Below, piece by piece: positions 35,906 through 49,336 of a stretch of DNA of 64,000 nt. The notes beneath the pieces were generated by a model that was given only the letters and a program-made list of their open reading frames with translations, was not told the origin of the DNA and made no database searches. Source of the stretch: Hydrolagus affinis (lineage: Eukaryota); NCBI GenBank assembly GCA_012026655.1, contig JAAILG010000826.1:1-64000 (forward strand), written 5' to 3'. Positions within the stretch are counted from its first letter, which is position 1. Every line of letters starts with the position of its first letter. The position numbers and the translations under genes were made by a program.

Positions 35906-35911
35906 AGGCCA

Positions 35912-36172
35912 ATCTGGGCTCGACTCCCGGAGGGCAAAACCTTAGGTAAGTTTACTTACTCCACGTGCCCGATAATAATCTCTCAACAAAAAAGAATAAT
36001 AATAAAAATGATAACTTCAATCTACGATTGTTCATTGGACACTACTGTGCGCAATTGGCTGCTCTGTTTCGCCCACAAATATAGTCAATTCACTTTACAA
36101 TGTATTCTGTGAAGCGTTTTGAGATGTCTCAAAGATGTAAAAGCTCTATATCAAATTTAACGATCATTATTA
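35912..36172 (+). mobile_element. tRNA-Ala SINE (short variant), head-to-head with the previous copy
   Basis: CTGGGCTCGACTCC B-box remnant, CTTAGGTAAGTTTACTTACTCCAC, tail CTATATCAAATT..ATTATTAT. Confidence 0.88.
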
Positions 36173-36800
36173 TGGATGCAACCCTTGCTGCTCATTCTGC
36201 ACTGATGTTTCTTTCACCAAAACTTTCTAGCACTTTTACACCAGGATATATAGTAGATCAGCTGTGTTGTTAAAACACTTGGAAATAAAATAATTTAATC
36301 TTTGTGAATAGAAAACCAACATTGCTCTGAGCCCCATCTATTAATCAGATCCGATTAAGAATTTTACAATAATAAAGTGAAAAATGTTATTGCAGGATAA
36401 CGGTTTATGGAGTTTGGTATGTAATTTAATGCAATACATGGATGTTCTGTTACATTTAAATTGTTTTGTTGATAGAGAATTGCACGATATGTCAACCCTT
36501 CTGTTCCTCAATTTGTGAGTTCTATTAATATGTGTTTTCAAATATTTTGAAATAATTCTGATACCCACGATTCTCAGATTTAGCTGCAGTGAGCCTGTTG
36601 ATTCCCTTGCAGGAGACGTATTTCGGTATATTAGTTTATTTAACTCATTATCATGTAAAGTAACATTGAAAATTTATAATCTTCAATCTAGAACTTCATC
36701 TTTGGCAGGTGTTATTGATAACTATGAAGTTTGTGGCGTGGCAGTAATGCTATATGGGATACCATTTTAAATCAATCGATAATAATAATAATTCTTGCAT

Positions 36801-37103
36801 CGAATCCTGTAGCTCAGTGGTTAGAGCACTCGCCTTAGAAGCGAGAGTTTGATTCCAGGCAGAGTGAAACCTTGGGAAAGTTTCCTTACTCCACACAATC
36901 CTGATAATATTCCTTCAAGAGAAAATCAATAATAAATTGGTCACTTCAATCCACGACTGTTTGCGAGACACTGCTGTGCGCAATTGGCTGCCGTGTTTTG
37001 CCCAGAAATATAAAATCAATTCACTTTGTAGTCTATTCTGTGAAGTGCTTTGAGACTTTTAGAATACATGAAAAGTGCTCTATCAAATGCAAGGATTAAT
37101 ATT
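36801..37103 (+). mobile_element. Full-length tRNA-Ala SINE inserted in the tail of an opposite-strand SINE
   Basis: TCCTGTAGCTCAGTGGTTAGAGCACTCGCCTTAGAAGCGAG head through the tail; flanked by TTGCAT on both sides. Confidence 0.92.
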
Positions 37104-37346
37104 ATTGCATTTGATGTAGTTCTTTTTATGTCTTCTAGATGTCTCAAAGCGCTTCACAGAATATACTGTAAAATGAATTGACTGCATATAAGTAGGCGAA
37201 AAGCGGTGACCAATTTATTATTTTTGTAGTGATTATTATTAAGTGTGTGAAGTAAGGAAAGTTGCCAGAGGTTTCACCCTGCCTGGAATTGAACCCAGGT
37301 CTCTTGCTTGCAATGCGAGTGCTCTAAACAATGAGCTACAGGGCTC
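37104..37346 (-). mobile_element. Host tRNA-Ala SINE (its tail end lies at 36781-36800)
   Basis: TTGCATTTGATGTAG..body..GAGTGCTCTAAACAATGAGCTACAGGGCTC. Confidence 0.9.
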
Positions 37347-37430
37347 TGATGAAGAGACATTGAAACTTTGGAATCTATGGTCAGTTGGCAGTAATGATTG
37401 TTGTGCTGAAATCTTCTGATTGTCTTCTGT

Positions 37431-37915
37431 CAACAACAACTTTCATTTATATAGCGCTCTCCACGCCGGATGGCGTCTCAGAGTGCTTCACAATGACAGA
37501 TTCCGGGCTCGAGCCAGGGGGAGGGAGAAAAGAGTGACCAAAAGTGCGGTCGAACAGAAAGGTCTTTAGCCGAGGACTGAAACTCGGAAGAGAATGAGCG
37601 AGGCGAAGGGAGTGAGGAAGGGAGTTCCAGAACTTCGGGGAGTAGTGGCTGAAGGCATGCCCGTCGATGGTTGAATGGAGGATTCGGGGGACAAGGAGGA
37701 GACCAGAACTGGAGGAGTGAAGGCAACGGGTGCTGTTTTGAGGAGAGAGGAGGTCAGAGAGGTAGGGGAGTGCAGAGGAGTGGAGAGATTTGAAGACAAA
37801 TGTGAGGGTCTTGAAATCCATCCTCTCTGGAACAGGGAGACAGTGAAGTCTGGCAAGGACTGGGGTAATGGGGGAGTGAAGTTTGGTGCAGGTAAGAATG
37901 CGGACGGTAATTGTC
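37431..37915 (-). mobile_element. L2 3' fragment, distinct subfamily
   Basis: PITPVLARLHCLPVPERMDFKTLTFVFKSLH..AFSHYSPKFWNSLP; the tail differs (ATATAGCGCTCTCCACGCCGGATGGCGTCTCAGAGTG). Confidence 0.92.
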
Positions 37916-37998
37916 CCATCCATTGAGCAAAAGGTAGGGGTGGGAGGGGAGGGGGTTGCACATCCACATCCAGCCTGTTATCAACTGGGAAATACAGT

Positions 37999-38286
37999 TA
38001 ATAATAATAATCCTTGCATTTGATATAGCGCCTTTCACATCTTCTAGATGTCTCAAAGCGCTTCACAGAATATATTGTAAAGTGAATTGACTGTACACTT
38101 GTGGGCGAAATGTGGCAGCCAATTGTGCACTGCAGTGTCCCACAAACAGTCATGGATCGGAATGACCAATTTTATTATTGTGGAGTAAGGAAACTTGCCG
38201 AAGGTTTTGCCCTGACCTGCCTGGATTCGAACACAGGTCTCACGCTTGGAAGACTTATGCTGTAACCACTGAGCTACAGGACTCCA
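37999..38286 (-). mobile_element. Full-length tRNA-Ala SINE (short variant)
   Basis: Near-consensus tail and head AACCACTGAGCTACAGGACTCC. Confidence 0.93.
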
Positions 38287-40147
38287 CAGAATAACAATTA
38301 TACATGAAATCTGTTGAGAAACATTGCACATTTCATCTCACTTTAGTAAGTAAAAAGATGCAGTAAAGTATAATAAATGTCATCAGAAATAACACCTAGC
38401 TTTCCATTCCTTCAAATCACTTATTCCAGTAAGTATTGTTCTAAACTGCTGGCTTCATTTCCAACTGCCACAACACACAGCTGTCAAGCCATGAAGCTGA
38501 TTTACAGAAAGCTACTGCCAAACAGTCTGGCTTCTTTGGAAGAAACGGTAACTTCAGTAAATTACTCAACAACACAAAGGCTTTAGTTTGCCTTTCTGAG
38601 GTTGCAGATACACATCTGGGGAATAAATCTGCACAGATGTTCCCAAATGTGCGTCTCTGAGCATAATGTTAATTTGGAACTTGTGTGCAGTGAGTACTAT
38701 TTATGAACCTATTTACATATTATGTGCGTGGTTTGACTGCAACTACAGCAATTGCCTGCATAAACTGAATGTTATCCTAAAGAGATAAGGGATTATTTTC
38801 CAATTTTACAATTTGTGAAGATAAGTTTGCTTTGTTGTTGTAGTAGCACTGTAATTGTATTGTTTGATGAGCATTGACTGATTGTAAACTGTATGAACTA
38901 ATGACCTATTGTTAGGTGAAACTTGCATAGTTTAGATAGCTCACACTGCCTACGGGTACACTGCAAGCCTCATAATTGGATACATTACAGCGAACAAAAA
39001 CAATTTATATTTATATAGCGCCCATCATACAGATTAGGGTCTCCATCTGCACTAAATCACCCCATTTTAATTATTTTTATTTTCCACCTTTCTCTATATG
39101 CATAGGTGTTTACCCATTCCCTTTTGAATGATTCAATTGATTTAATTACTATAGCCACTTGTGAGAAATTCCTTCTAATTTCTCCCCTTATTTTTCCACT
39201 AACAATCCTCACACTCACACTCCTCATCAGTGATTCTATAATTGAAGAACATTTTTCTTTCCTACATATCTAGTTGCACTCTTCAACCTAAAGTTGGTTA
39301 GACCCACAAGTGAATAAACCGTGCCTTTGAGGAATTCAGTGAAATAAAGATTATCATTCGCTCATTGAATAGCATTGAGAAGATTAAGTTTTAACGATTC
39401 TATCATTGAAATGTAAGAGGAATGCAGATCACATGTACTGCTGTCATGCAATCTAATAGTTGTTGATGACTGTAGAGTGGACTGTAGAGTAGAAGAGTGG
39501 AAGACATAATATATAATATAATATATCATTTAACATGATATGGCATTTATTCAGCAACACCAAAGGGTAGTGTGAATTTTCTTTGATACAATATGAATAA
39601 TAAATAATACTTATTCATTATTATCTTAAAATAATTGTGAATGTGTAAGGTTTAGATTTTTTGGGGGGAGGGCAAAATGATGAAATGTGGCTGCAATGAA
39701 TATGTTTAGTTTATATATAATCCAAACCACATAATCTTAATCTGATGCATAGAGTAAAATGAAAATATAGCTATAATAAACTTTTAATACTATGTATATT
39801 AAACAGCGTATTAATCTTGTAGAAAGTCACCCTTTATTTTTCCTATTTTTAAATATGTGATTTTTAAAAATATAAAAACAATTTTAGATTCTCATTAATA
39901 GACCGATATACATAAAAATCCAATCTATATCAGTAATACATTTATTTCCCAAATAAAATAATTGCATTTTGCATTCAAAACCCCAAATTATTTTATATTA
40001 ATCTTTAACTACAGTTGTTTACATAAACATTTATAAACGTACACTGATTTCCACGTACATTAATAAACTATTCCTTTTAATTAGTTGTATTGTACTGTCA
40101 ATTTATCTTTCTTTACGCTACAAGCAGTTTATGATGAAGAATAACTA

Positions 40148-40485
40148 AACAATAACAACAAAATTACACTTGTATAGCACCTTTCACATCAGGAGGATGT
40201 CCCAAGCGCTGGTCAGTCATTGTTTCAGACCCGATCTGGGGACAGGGAGGGTGGAGGGGAAAGGGAAAATTTGGGGTGACCCATGGGATCGTTGAAGAGG
40301 AGGGCCTTGAGACAGGACATGAAGGAAGCCAGGGATGGGGCAATGGGGGAAGAACTGCGGGATAGAGTTCCAGAGGTTGGGGGTCAAGTGGCTAAAGGCT
40401 CACCCGCCAATGGTGGGGTGGGTGTGTTGGGGGACATGGAACAGGCCGGAGCCTGCTGAGCGGAGGGAGCGGGCAGGTTAGTAAA
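40148..40485 (-). mobile_element. L2 3' fragment
   Basis: ACAAAATTACACTTGTATAGCACCTTTCACATCAGGAGG tail followed by a G-rich reverse RT end. Confidence 0.9.
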
Positions 40486-40618
40486 GGTCAAAATACATGA
40501 AAAAAAATTGACAACTCTTATGAATTGTTCTAATGTTCAAACTCACAGTTGACATTGTTTGATATTTTAGAACTTGCTGAGAACCTTGATAATAGACTGC
40601 ATAAAAATATTATATAAA

Positions 40619-40895
40619 ATCACAGAATCTTTCAGTATAAAAAGTCTATTTGGCTCATCATAGTGTGCCAGCTGTAAGAGAGCTATTTAGTCCCACTCCC
40701 CTGCCTTTTCGCTAATACTCTTAAGTTTTTCCTTTTCAGTTATTTGTCCAATTTCCTTTGAAAGTTATTATGAATTCTGCTTCAACCATTATTTTTGGTA
40801 TAGCATCCCATATCCCAATAATCCTCTAAATAGAAAAAGTTTTCAAATCTCTTCCTTTGTGTTTTTGGAAATAATCTTATATTTATGCCTTCTAT
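40619..40895 (-). mobile_element. CR1 3' fragment
   Basis: CAGAATCTTTCAG..TAGTCCCACTCCCCTGCC..TCCAATTTCCTTTGAAAGTTATTATGAATTCTGCTTCAACC, a shark-type CR1 3' region. Confidence 0.7.
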
Positions 40896-41188
40896 TTACC
40901 TTGCTGAAGGTTACCTGAAGTTTTCTACAGTTTTACCAAGTAGAATTTTACATATAGTATTAAAATAATTCTGTGTTATCTGATCATGTTCCTAGCGACA
41001 TTACTTATGACTGAATTCCAAGCATCTAACAAGGTTTGAACACAATGCACTTTAAAAAAGCTGTTTTCCGGATAATAATCTGTTTAGCATATTTAGGATG
41101 AAAAATATATCCATATTCTTGTTGACTGGGTGCTCACACAATGTAGTTTGAATTACTGACCCTTTAGGCTGAAGTATCAGATAGAGAC

Positions 41189-41288
41189 AAAACACAAAAT
41201 ACTACAAGATACTACAGATCCTGGAAATTTGAAACAAAAATAGAAGCTGCTGGGAAAACTTAGCAGGTCAGGCAGCATCCATGGAGAA
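41189..41288 (-). mobile_element. Penelope-like terminal fragment (same family as 61639-62215)
   Basis: AAACACAAAATACTACA..GGAAATTTGAAAC..CTGGGAAAACTTAGCAGGTCAGGCAGCATCCATGGAGA closely matches the reverse complement of 62128-62215. Confidence 0.8.
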
Positions 41289-43440
41289 ATATATGCGATA
41301 CATAGAAATGCCTAAAACAAATGTATAGACAGTTAATTTAATTCCATTATAATTTGTTTTCCCCTATGCATAGCTGTTGAAACTAAGCTACACAGAAATC
41401 TCTTTCAATTTTAATGACTTTCACTAACTTGCATAACATTAATGAATTCATTACGGTGGCTGAATTAAAATACATTGTGTTGATGCCTTCATTGCCTTCA
41501 GTCCTGCTTATTCATAATTAATCAAAAGTGTAGCTCGTCTATTAAGAAACAGCAAAGCATTTTGATCAGTAATTATTGCCATTCGCATCAGAGTCTGGGT
41601 TCTTTCTATAGAGAATTTATTATGTGATGCTTAGTTGCAATATTCATACATGTGTTTCAAAATAGGTTCATGTGAGTCAAGAGGCTTCACTTTATATTAA
41701 AAAAAACTTGACACAAATTATTTGTAGGCACCTTACCAGGGTTATAGTAAAATTATTGAATCAACTGTGTAAAGGCCAACACCACTGAAATAAAGGCCAG
41801 CACCACAATGTACCAAATAAGAGTTTGTGCTGAAGAATTGGCAGCTGAAGAATCTGAGGGAACAGGTTTTTGCATTGACAGCTCTAATTGGAACCAGAGT
41901 TAACATATGTTCTTCCCCAACTAATGTTTTCTTATAAATCATGCTTGAAATGTCACTTGACTCACAATTTACATAAGCATTTAATCAAAATTTTCAAAAA
42001 AATAGAACGTTACTTTGCAATTTTGGTGCTGGTTTACACTACGTACTTGCCTTTTTGTGTAGTAAAGTGTGCTCTTCATAATGCTATAGCTTGAATCCCA
42101 TTTTTACTTCTCTGTGTCAATTTATGGAAAGTGTTGAGTTACTCAGCTAATCCATTACATGAGATTTTGGAATAGTCAAACCTGTTACTAAAATAGAGTT
42201 ATTGTTGTTTGAATCTCTTTTAGTCTATTGAATATTCACTACACTTCCATTGTTGATGTGTTTTTCTCTTCCCACCATTGATTTAGTGAATCAATCACTG
42301 TGATATCCATCTTCAAGTGGTAAGGATAATTGGCTTTACAAATCAGTCAAGGCTCGGATTTAAATCCAAGGGGCTATGAAGGTGATTATAACCCACCACT
42401 GTAGAGTGGTTTCTAGATTTCAGAAAATAATTGTTGTCTATTTCTCATTCATGCACACCATTGCATCACACCTTGTTTTATTATCTATGCTCTGGATTAA
42501 CACATACTCGGATTGTCCTTCCCACTGGAAATGTTTATCCTGCATTCTCCATTTCTCTCTAATGGCACAGTGAACAAGACTTTCTCATTTCTTATGTAAT
42601 TGTGCTCACAAATCTGCTTCCAAACAGTCCATGGGGTAAAGAATTACACTATAATTTGTGGGTAACGTATTACACTACAATCTGTAAGCAATATGCAGTA
42701 TTCCAATGTGTACTACCATTCTTTGGGTGGGCTGTCCAGTCTGATTTTAAAATGAATGTCAATAGTTTGCATTTACTTCTGCATTTTACAATCTGATAAC
42801 GTTAAAGATTGAAGCAGTCAATGCAGTTTAATAATCAGGAAAGCAATCCTCAGAACTGAAGCCATGTTCCTGCACCCTGCCTGCCCTTGTCCTGGATGTG
42901 TAGTTTAGGCAAATGGAACAGAAATGCCTAATTATAAATTCATATTGAACTGACGCAAATAGATCTAAAAACAATTGTGTTGCACAGTTTGAAAATTAGT
43001 GGCACCCAATGATTTTTTATTATATAATGCAGATTGTAGTCATTTTATTTCTTAAATCAATCTTTTGCGGATATGAATCTCTTCTGGCCAGCATCATTTT
43101 GATATTATGCAACAACTCATGAACACTCGGGATGGGTCGTACATTGAAATAATTTGGCTAGTAATTCCCTATTATGTCCATTTTATTGCTGGTTTACAGT
43201 TTAGATCAGGATTGATAATTTATTTTCGTGAAACATAACCACTTCCACAACTGAACCAATACAATATTAGGGCCGCACATGGCTGCATTGGCATCAAACC
43301 CAAAGCACCAAAAGAATAACAACAAATGGATAAACAACAAACTTTTGCTGATTTTGCATCATATGCTGCATGAAAATCAGCTGTCACAACCAATAAAATC
43401 ATAGCATTTGTGTATAAAAGGCTCAAAGCTTTTATTTATA

Positions 43441-44897
43441 CAGGTAGACCCCGCTTAACGAAGGGGTTAGGAACTTCGAAACTCCTTGTAAAGCGAGAAT
43501 TTCGTTAAGCGGGTGGGAGGTCCCTACTGTTTTTCCATATGTGAAAAAAATCAGTTTTGTTCCCAGCGGTGCCTAGCGCTAACATTTGCAGTCCCAGTGG
43601 TGCCTAGCGCTAGCATTTGCAGGTACCAGCGAAGGCATAAGGTAGGTAGAACTGCTATTGAAGGCTGCAATACTTTAATTACAAGATGAAAAGATGAAAG
43701 AATACAAGATGAAAATGTTTGTTTTGTTTACCTGAATAGTATTTTATTTAGTAAATTTTTAACACAATACTACAGTGATGAAACAAAAGTTCCCATAATT
43801 CCTGTAATAAGATGAGGTGAGGAGTAGAGAGGAGGTCTTCATTTTAATTGTTGATGGAGGGGGAGGAGGAGGAGGCTGGAGAATTGGGAGAATCTGGTGA
43901 GAAAGCAATAGGTTCTGTATAGTCAGCGGATGTACTTGGTACTGGTTCTGTGGATGATGTTGGCTTAAATAAACTGTCGATAGAAGACTGTTGACAGTTT
44001 TTCTTCTTTTCTTCATACAATTTCTTGGTAGCGAATATTTTGCTCGATTCCACGGACAACCTTAATGCTACGATCCATTTCAGGATCGTTGGTGTCTTTG
44101 CAAATTTTAATTGCTTCGTCTATTTTCAAAAGAAAAGCTTTCAAAACATTCAAACTAAGAAGCTTAGGCTCCTCACATAAATCATCAGCCTCAGCTGTCT
44201 GTTCCTTTGTTAAATCCTGAATTTCTTCAGTTGTAAGCTTTCCAGGGGCTGATTTCTCATTTATGGAGATGTAGATCTTCTCAGGTAACTTCTTCCAATT
44301 AAGCCCTGTTTCATCGAAGTTGAAAATTTGTTGTGGTGTATAACCTCCCTCTTTAATGATTTTTCTAAGTTCATCTGGATAATGTTCAGCAGCAGCAACA
44401 TCCGCACGAGCAGCTTCCCCGCACATCTTGATAAAATGTAGCTTGTATCGCTTTCGAAAACAATCAAGCCACCTGTTGCTAGCAGCAAAAGTCTCCGCTG
44501 GCTTTTTCTGAGTAGCGTCATATGGTTGCCTAGCATCCTGCCGCTTAAGCTCCTCGCATATTGTACGGGCCTTCTCTTGAACTATACCAGCAGAGAGGGG
44601 GCAATGGCGTTCGTTCTGGTCTTCGATCTATTTTCATTTCCAACATGATGAACTTGCTTTTCTTCGATGGGGTTGGCGAAGTTGCTAATGGGCGTTTAGG
44701 TCGCATATTGAAGTAAGTATATGTAGCTTCATTGACTGAGACCGTGTGTTGTGGGGGCGGCCGGGAGACGAGAAGCGCGCGAGATTTAAACTTTCGCTAT
44801 AGCGAATGCAGCCTTTGCTTAGCGCATAGGAGGTACAAATACAAACCCTCGTTATAGTGAAGTTTCGGTAACCGGGCTTTTGGTAAGCATCTACCTG
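43441..44897 (-). mobile_element. Tigger/pogo DNA transposon, internally deleted
   Basis: TIRs CAGGTAGACCCCGCTTAACGAA / TTTGGTAAGCATCTACCTG, with TA on both sides. Contains a Tigger1/TIGD1-like transposase remnant. Confidence 0.95.
43844..44650 (-). pseudogene. Tigger-like transposase remnant (CENP-B HTH + first DDE aspartate + C-terminus)
   Basis: FAASNRWLDCFRKRY..CGEAARADVAAAEHYPDELRKIIKEGGYTPQQIFNFDETGLNWKKLPEKIYISINEKSAPG jumps directly to C-terminal LTTEEIQDL..NDPEMDRSIKV..KKLYEEKKK..QQSSIDSLFK. Most of the DDE core is missing and the frame shifts. Confidence 0.9.
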
Positions 44898-45189
44898 TAC
44901 ATAATTTATGGTTGGAATTGAGGACCTGAGAATAGAAGGATGCTTATGCACACAGAAGTTACAGTGCAGATACGCATTGATTTGTAATGATAATGCATTA
45001 TCCACTGTCTTCATAGAAAAAAGAACTTAAAGGACATGTACTGCAATGGAACAGGATATCTACGCACCTGAGTCATACATTCTTCCCCCCACTCCCCATA
45101 TGAATCAAAAGGAGACTTCAACTATCACTTCTGTAAAACTATGTGAAAGTGGAAAACTGCCATAGATACGAGTGCTAACTAGTGTGCTA

Positions 45190-45511
45190 ACTCAGTGGGC
45201 TCTGGCCTGCTTCAGGTCCCCACCTTGTCCGCCACACCATTGGCGGGTGGGCCTTCAGCCTCTCTACTGCCACCCTCTGAAACAGCATCCCACAGCCCAT
45301 CCACCTCATCCCCTCCCTTGCCTACTTCAAGATCTCACTCAAGACTCTACTCTTTGACTGTGCCTTTGGCCACCTTCCTACACCTACCATTACCATCCTC
45401 CACCCATCCCAATCCCAACCACAGCTTGGATGCGGATCCCTGACTATCCAGTGCCTTTGGATGTCCTCCTGATGTGAAAGACGCTATACAAAAGTAATTT
45501 GTTATTGTTGT
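45190..45511 (+). mobile_element. L2 3' fragment
   Basis: GSGLLQVP remnant; tail TTTGGATGTCCTCCTGATGTGAAAGACGCTATACAAAAGTAATTTGTTATTGTTG. Confidence 0.88.
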
Positions 45512-45552
45512 CAATTGGGGAGGCCATCCCATCACAATATTCACTCAATTTT

Positions 45553-45752
45553 GGACTCCTGTAGCTCAGTGGTTAGAGCACAATAATAATTTGGTTACTC
45601 AATCCACAACTGTATTGTGTGACGCTGCTATGTGCAATTGGCTGCCGCGTTTCAATTCACTTGAAAGTATATCCTGTGAAGCGCTTTGAGATGTCTAGAA
45701 GATGTGATAAGGCGCTATATCAAATGCAAGGATGATTATTATTATTATTATT
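45553..45752 (+). mobile_element. tRNA-Ala SINE with internal deletions
   Basis: Head TCCTGTAGCTCAGTGGTTAGAGCAC fused directly to the 3' body; (TTA)n tail. Confidence 0.88.
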
Positions 45753-46173
45753 GTCTGTGTGAGCACAGAAAAGTGGGGATCTTTGAAGGCTCTAAAATTC
45801 CTCTAAATCACCTGCAACAATAAGAGTTGAGATTGACTTTAATTGTATCTAGGCACTTTCACCCAATTATTCTTCTCAAATACACTGCAATTATGAGATG
45901 CTCCCGCTCAGTCTATGGTTGTGCAAGTGAAGTTATCACCATAGCTGCCACTGGTGTAGTCACATTTTCAAAAGCAATGAACCCAGCGTAATTTCTTGTT
46001 ATTTTCAATTTATGGCATCATTACAACAATTTAACCTGAATTCATGTCTCCAAAAACACTGTATATAAATGCAAGTTGTTGTGCTGTTTTCCAATTTCTT
46101 TACAAAGTAATACCCAGGATATATCGGCATTTTAGAAATTACCGAATACATTCACGTGCATAGTTTGGTTTTC

Positions 46174-46400
46174 GATAATAATAATCCTTGCTTTGATTTA
46201 ATGCCTTATCATGTCTTCAAGATGTCTCAAATTCACTATAAAGTGAATTGACTGAGTAACACATACCAGCCAATTTCACATAACAGTAGTAAAACTGGAT
46301 TTCCACTTACTGTTAGGTAAACAGAGGCGTGTGGAGTAAGGAAACTTGGCAAGGAAACTTGCCATTGGTTTGCCCTTCCCAGGAACTGAACCCAGACAGC
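46174..46400 (-). mobile_element. Degenerate tRNA-Ala SINE (long variant)
   Basis: Tail plus CTTACTGTTAGGTAAACAGAGGCGTGTGGAGTAAGGAAACTTG. Confidence 0.8.
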
Positions 46401-46462
46401 AATTTTTAAGACACCATTCATTGGTTTGGTCATGAACTCACTGATGTGGGAACAGCTGTTAC

Positions 46463-47035
46463 TACAACAACAACAAAATTACATTTGTATGATGCCTTTC
46501 ACGTCAAGAGGACGTCCAAAGATTGGACAATGAATGTTTCGGACCCTAGCTGGGGATCGAGTTCAGGGAGGGTGGAGGGCAGGGCTAAGGAGGGTGATTG
46601 ATGTCATGGTCGAAGAAGAGGGTCTTGAAGGAGGCAAGGGTGGAGCAAGGCAGAAGGACTGCAGAATGGAGTTCCAGAGGGTGGGGGAAGACTGCCTGAA
46701 GGCCTGCTTGCCAATAGTGGGTTGGGCGAGGCGAGGTACGTGAAGCATGCTGGAGCCCACTGATTGGAGGGAGCGGATAAGATGATCGGGGGTTAGGAGG
46801 TCGCAGGGGTTGGGGAGAGCAATGCATGGAGGGCTTTGATGGTGTGGGAGAGGACACGGGCTGCAAAGTTCTGGATGATCTGCAGTTGGGGAGGCCGAGA
46901 AGCAGGCTTGAATAATCAAGCCTGGATGTTATGAATGGGTGTAGGAGGGTTTCGGCGGCCTGCGGTGTGAGATGGTGGCAGAGCGGGTCATGGCACGGAT
47001 GTGGGGTAAAAAGGATAGTTGAGGGTCAAACAAGA
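46463..47035 (-). mobile_element. L2 3' fragment
   Basis: (CAA)n tail; PTIGKQAFRQSSPTLWNSILQS. Confidence 0.9.
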
Positions 47036-47789
47036 ACAAGTTACAATCTTACTCACTTTTGCTAATCGTGTCACATTTTTTATTTAGGTAAGACTTTGAA
47101 GAATTTATTTAAATCTGTGCCTGCTCTTAACTTACATTGCTGGGTTGTAGAACATTGATGTGATGCTCCAATCCTGACATCCTGCCATTTGCATCTATAA
47201 GATATTCTTATCCTAGAAGACTATTTTGCCTTAAAACTTAAGATCTTGCAGAATTGTAATTTTTGTTTAAAAATTCAGTCTTTAGTTTTTAAGATCTTAA
47301 AAAAAAACTTCCAAATTAAGAATGGTCTTAAGAATTTTCAGCACATTTGCTCACTGTTGCACCTTAAAACAACATAGACTTATAGCCCAAGTTAGGTGAA
47401 AATGTGGGCCAATCTGTTCAGCAATTTTACCTGATTTATTGAGGCATATATGGTCCTGTGCCCTTCTGGTTGATTGGGTAGGTTTCAATATTGAAAAGAG
47501 ATTTAATCAGCTTTTCCTGGTACTTGGATCCCTGAGATTTGTGCAGCTTGGAACTGATTGAGGACTTGTATTTCAGATATATTAATAAGAATACCATTAA
47601 TAAGGAGATTTCATGTAGGGACATGTTTTGGTTGACCAATCTTTTCCATCTTTCATTTTGTGGCAATTTCTGCAGCACATCTTTCATTAAACCAAGGTTT
47701 AAGCAACTAAAGCATAATTTTTGTGTGAGAATTAGCATGATATAACACTAGTTACAATCTATTTGGTCATTTAACAATATGGGCTACAG

Positions 47790-48088
47790 ATCACTTCATG
47801 ACCTGGCACTTCGCTACCTCGTTGACTTGCCTACAGCTCCACTCCACTGATCCGCTCAGCTGGCTCTGGCCTCCTGCACATACTTTGGTTCCTCCACTCC
47901 CCTATCACCGGTTGTGCCTTCAGCCAATATGCCCTGAAATAATGGAATTCTCTTCCTCAATCCCTCTGCCTTACTTCTGATCATACCTGAAGACCTTCCT
48001 CTTCTACCATGCCTACAGCCACCTCTCCGCGGTTCAGTGACAAGCTCCGCTACTGTTTTATATAAATGAAAGTGGTTGTTATTGTTGT
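47790..48088 (+). mobile_element. Old L2 3' fragment
   Basis: CAGCTGGCTCTGGCCTCCTGCAC..TGGAATTC..CCTGAAGACCTTCCTCTTC..TATATAAATGAAAGTGGTTGTTATTGTTG. Confidence 0.75.
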
Positions 48089-49336
48089 AATCATTTCCTG
48101 CTTAAAGACTTTTCTAACTACCCCTGTCTTGGAATTTTTCATAGAGTGCCAATGAGAAAAAAAATTAGATCGAATCTATGGTGGATATGTAAGAAATTTG
48201 CTATTTTTTTGAGTGATTTCACATGTCCAGAGAATTTGTCAGTGCACGATCTAAATCAAGAATAATAACTTATGTTTATAAAAGGCTTTTGATGTATGGT
48301 GAACATCTTGAACAACTTCAAAGATGATAGGGAGAATTTAAGGATGTTGACCAAAGTTAAGTTAATATTATCTCTACTTGGAGAGTCAAACGCTGGTTAA
48401 AATAATTGGAATTCAATACACCCGTGGTGCCATCAGTGGCAATTGAAATCACTAATTAACACAATAGTCAGTTTCGAGGCAGATGATCACATTTACAATA
48501 TTATCTGACAAGAAAGTCAAAATGGAATCATCAACATATGGTCCTTTGGCAAACTTTTGCCAAAAGGACATTCTGTTCTGGAGGATTGCTTGTAGTCAAA
48601 GTATTGAATTCCAAACATTGCCTGTGGGAGTTTGTTAAGACATGCTTGTAATACATGGTAAATCTCCCATCATCTGTGACTAAGTCCTGCTAAACAAAAT
48701 TACACTTGTAAACAGGCCATAACTGAAGATGGATCTGTCTTTCCTTATTATCTGGCCCACTAACATCAATTCAAAATAGTAAGTCAGGAATTCAGAAACT
48801 TCAAAAGTAGTATGAGATGGTCATGAATGCAACACACGTTATATCCGCGTATGTCAAGTTGGCAGATGTTAACAGACGCAGCAACTCAAATCTGGTGACA
48901 TATTTTCGACAAGACAGTACAGAAGCTTGGGATTAAGTATAGAATATACAATATTGTGAAGTTGGAATCAGAAGCCTGTGACAGGCTTTGGACAACTGTG
49001 TTTTTTGGGCAACTTGTAGATACTTATCACTCCTCCATCCTCACCCTTGCTGTTCTCAAACTAAGTTTCTGCTTCACTGGTGGGGCTGAGGGAGTATAGG
49101 ACTATCTTATAATATTTGATGAGACCTGGAAGGACTCATAGCTATAATATCCTGATCATCTTTGTTGCACTGAATGTGTAATTAATGCATACATATATTT
49201 AATACGCTCTATAAGGACAGATTACTATAATATTCCTGGACATCTGTGCATCAATGATAGGTTCAATGGGATCTAAAAAGGCGTTTTACAATGATGTGCA
49301 GACTGTTTATAACAACTGTTTATCACTGTTTATAAC

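Noticed and set aside
36803-36868. tRNA-like sequences with A/B boxes (also 18430, 38220, 45553, 56300)
   Set aside because: They are SINE heads: they run directly into the SINE body and lack a proper acceptor stem, so they are not tRNA genes.
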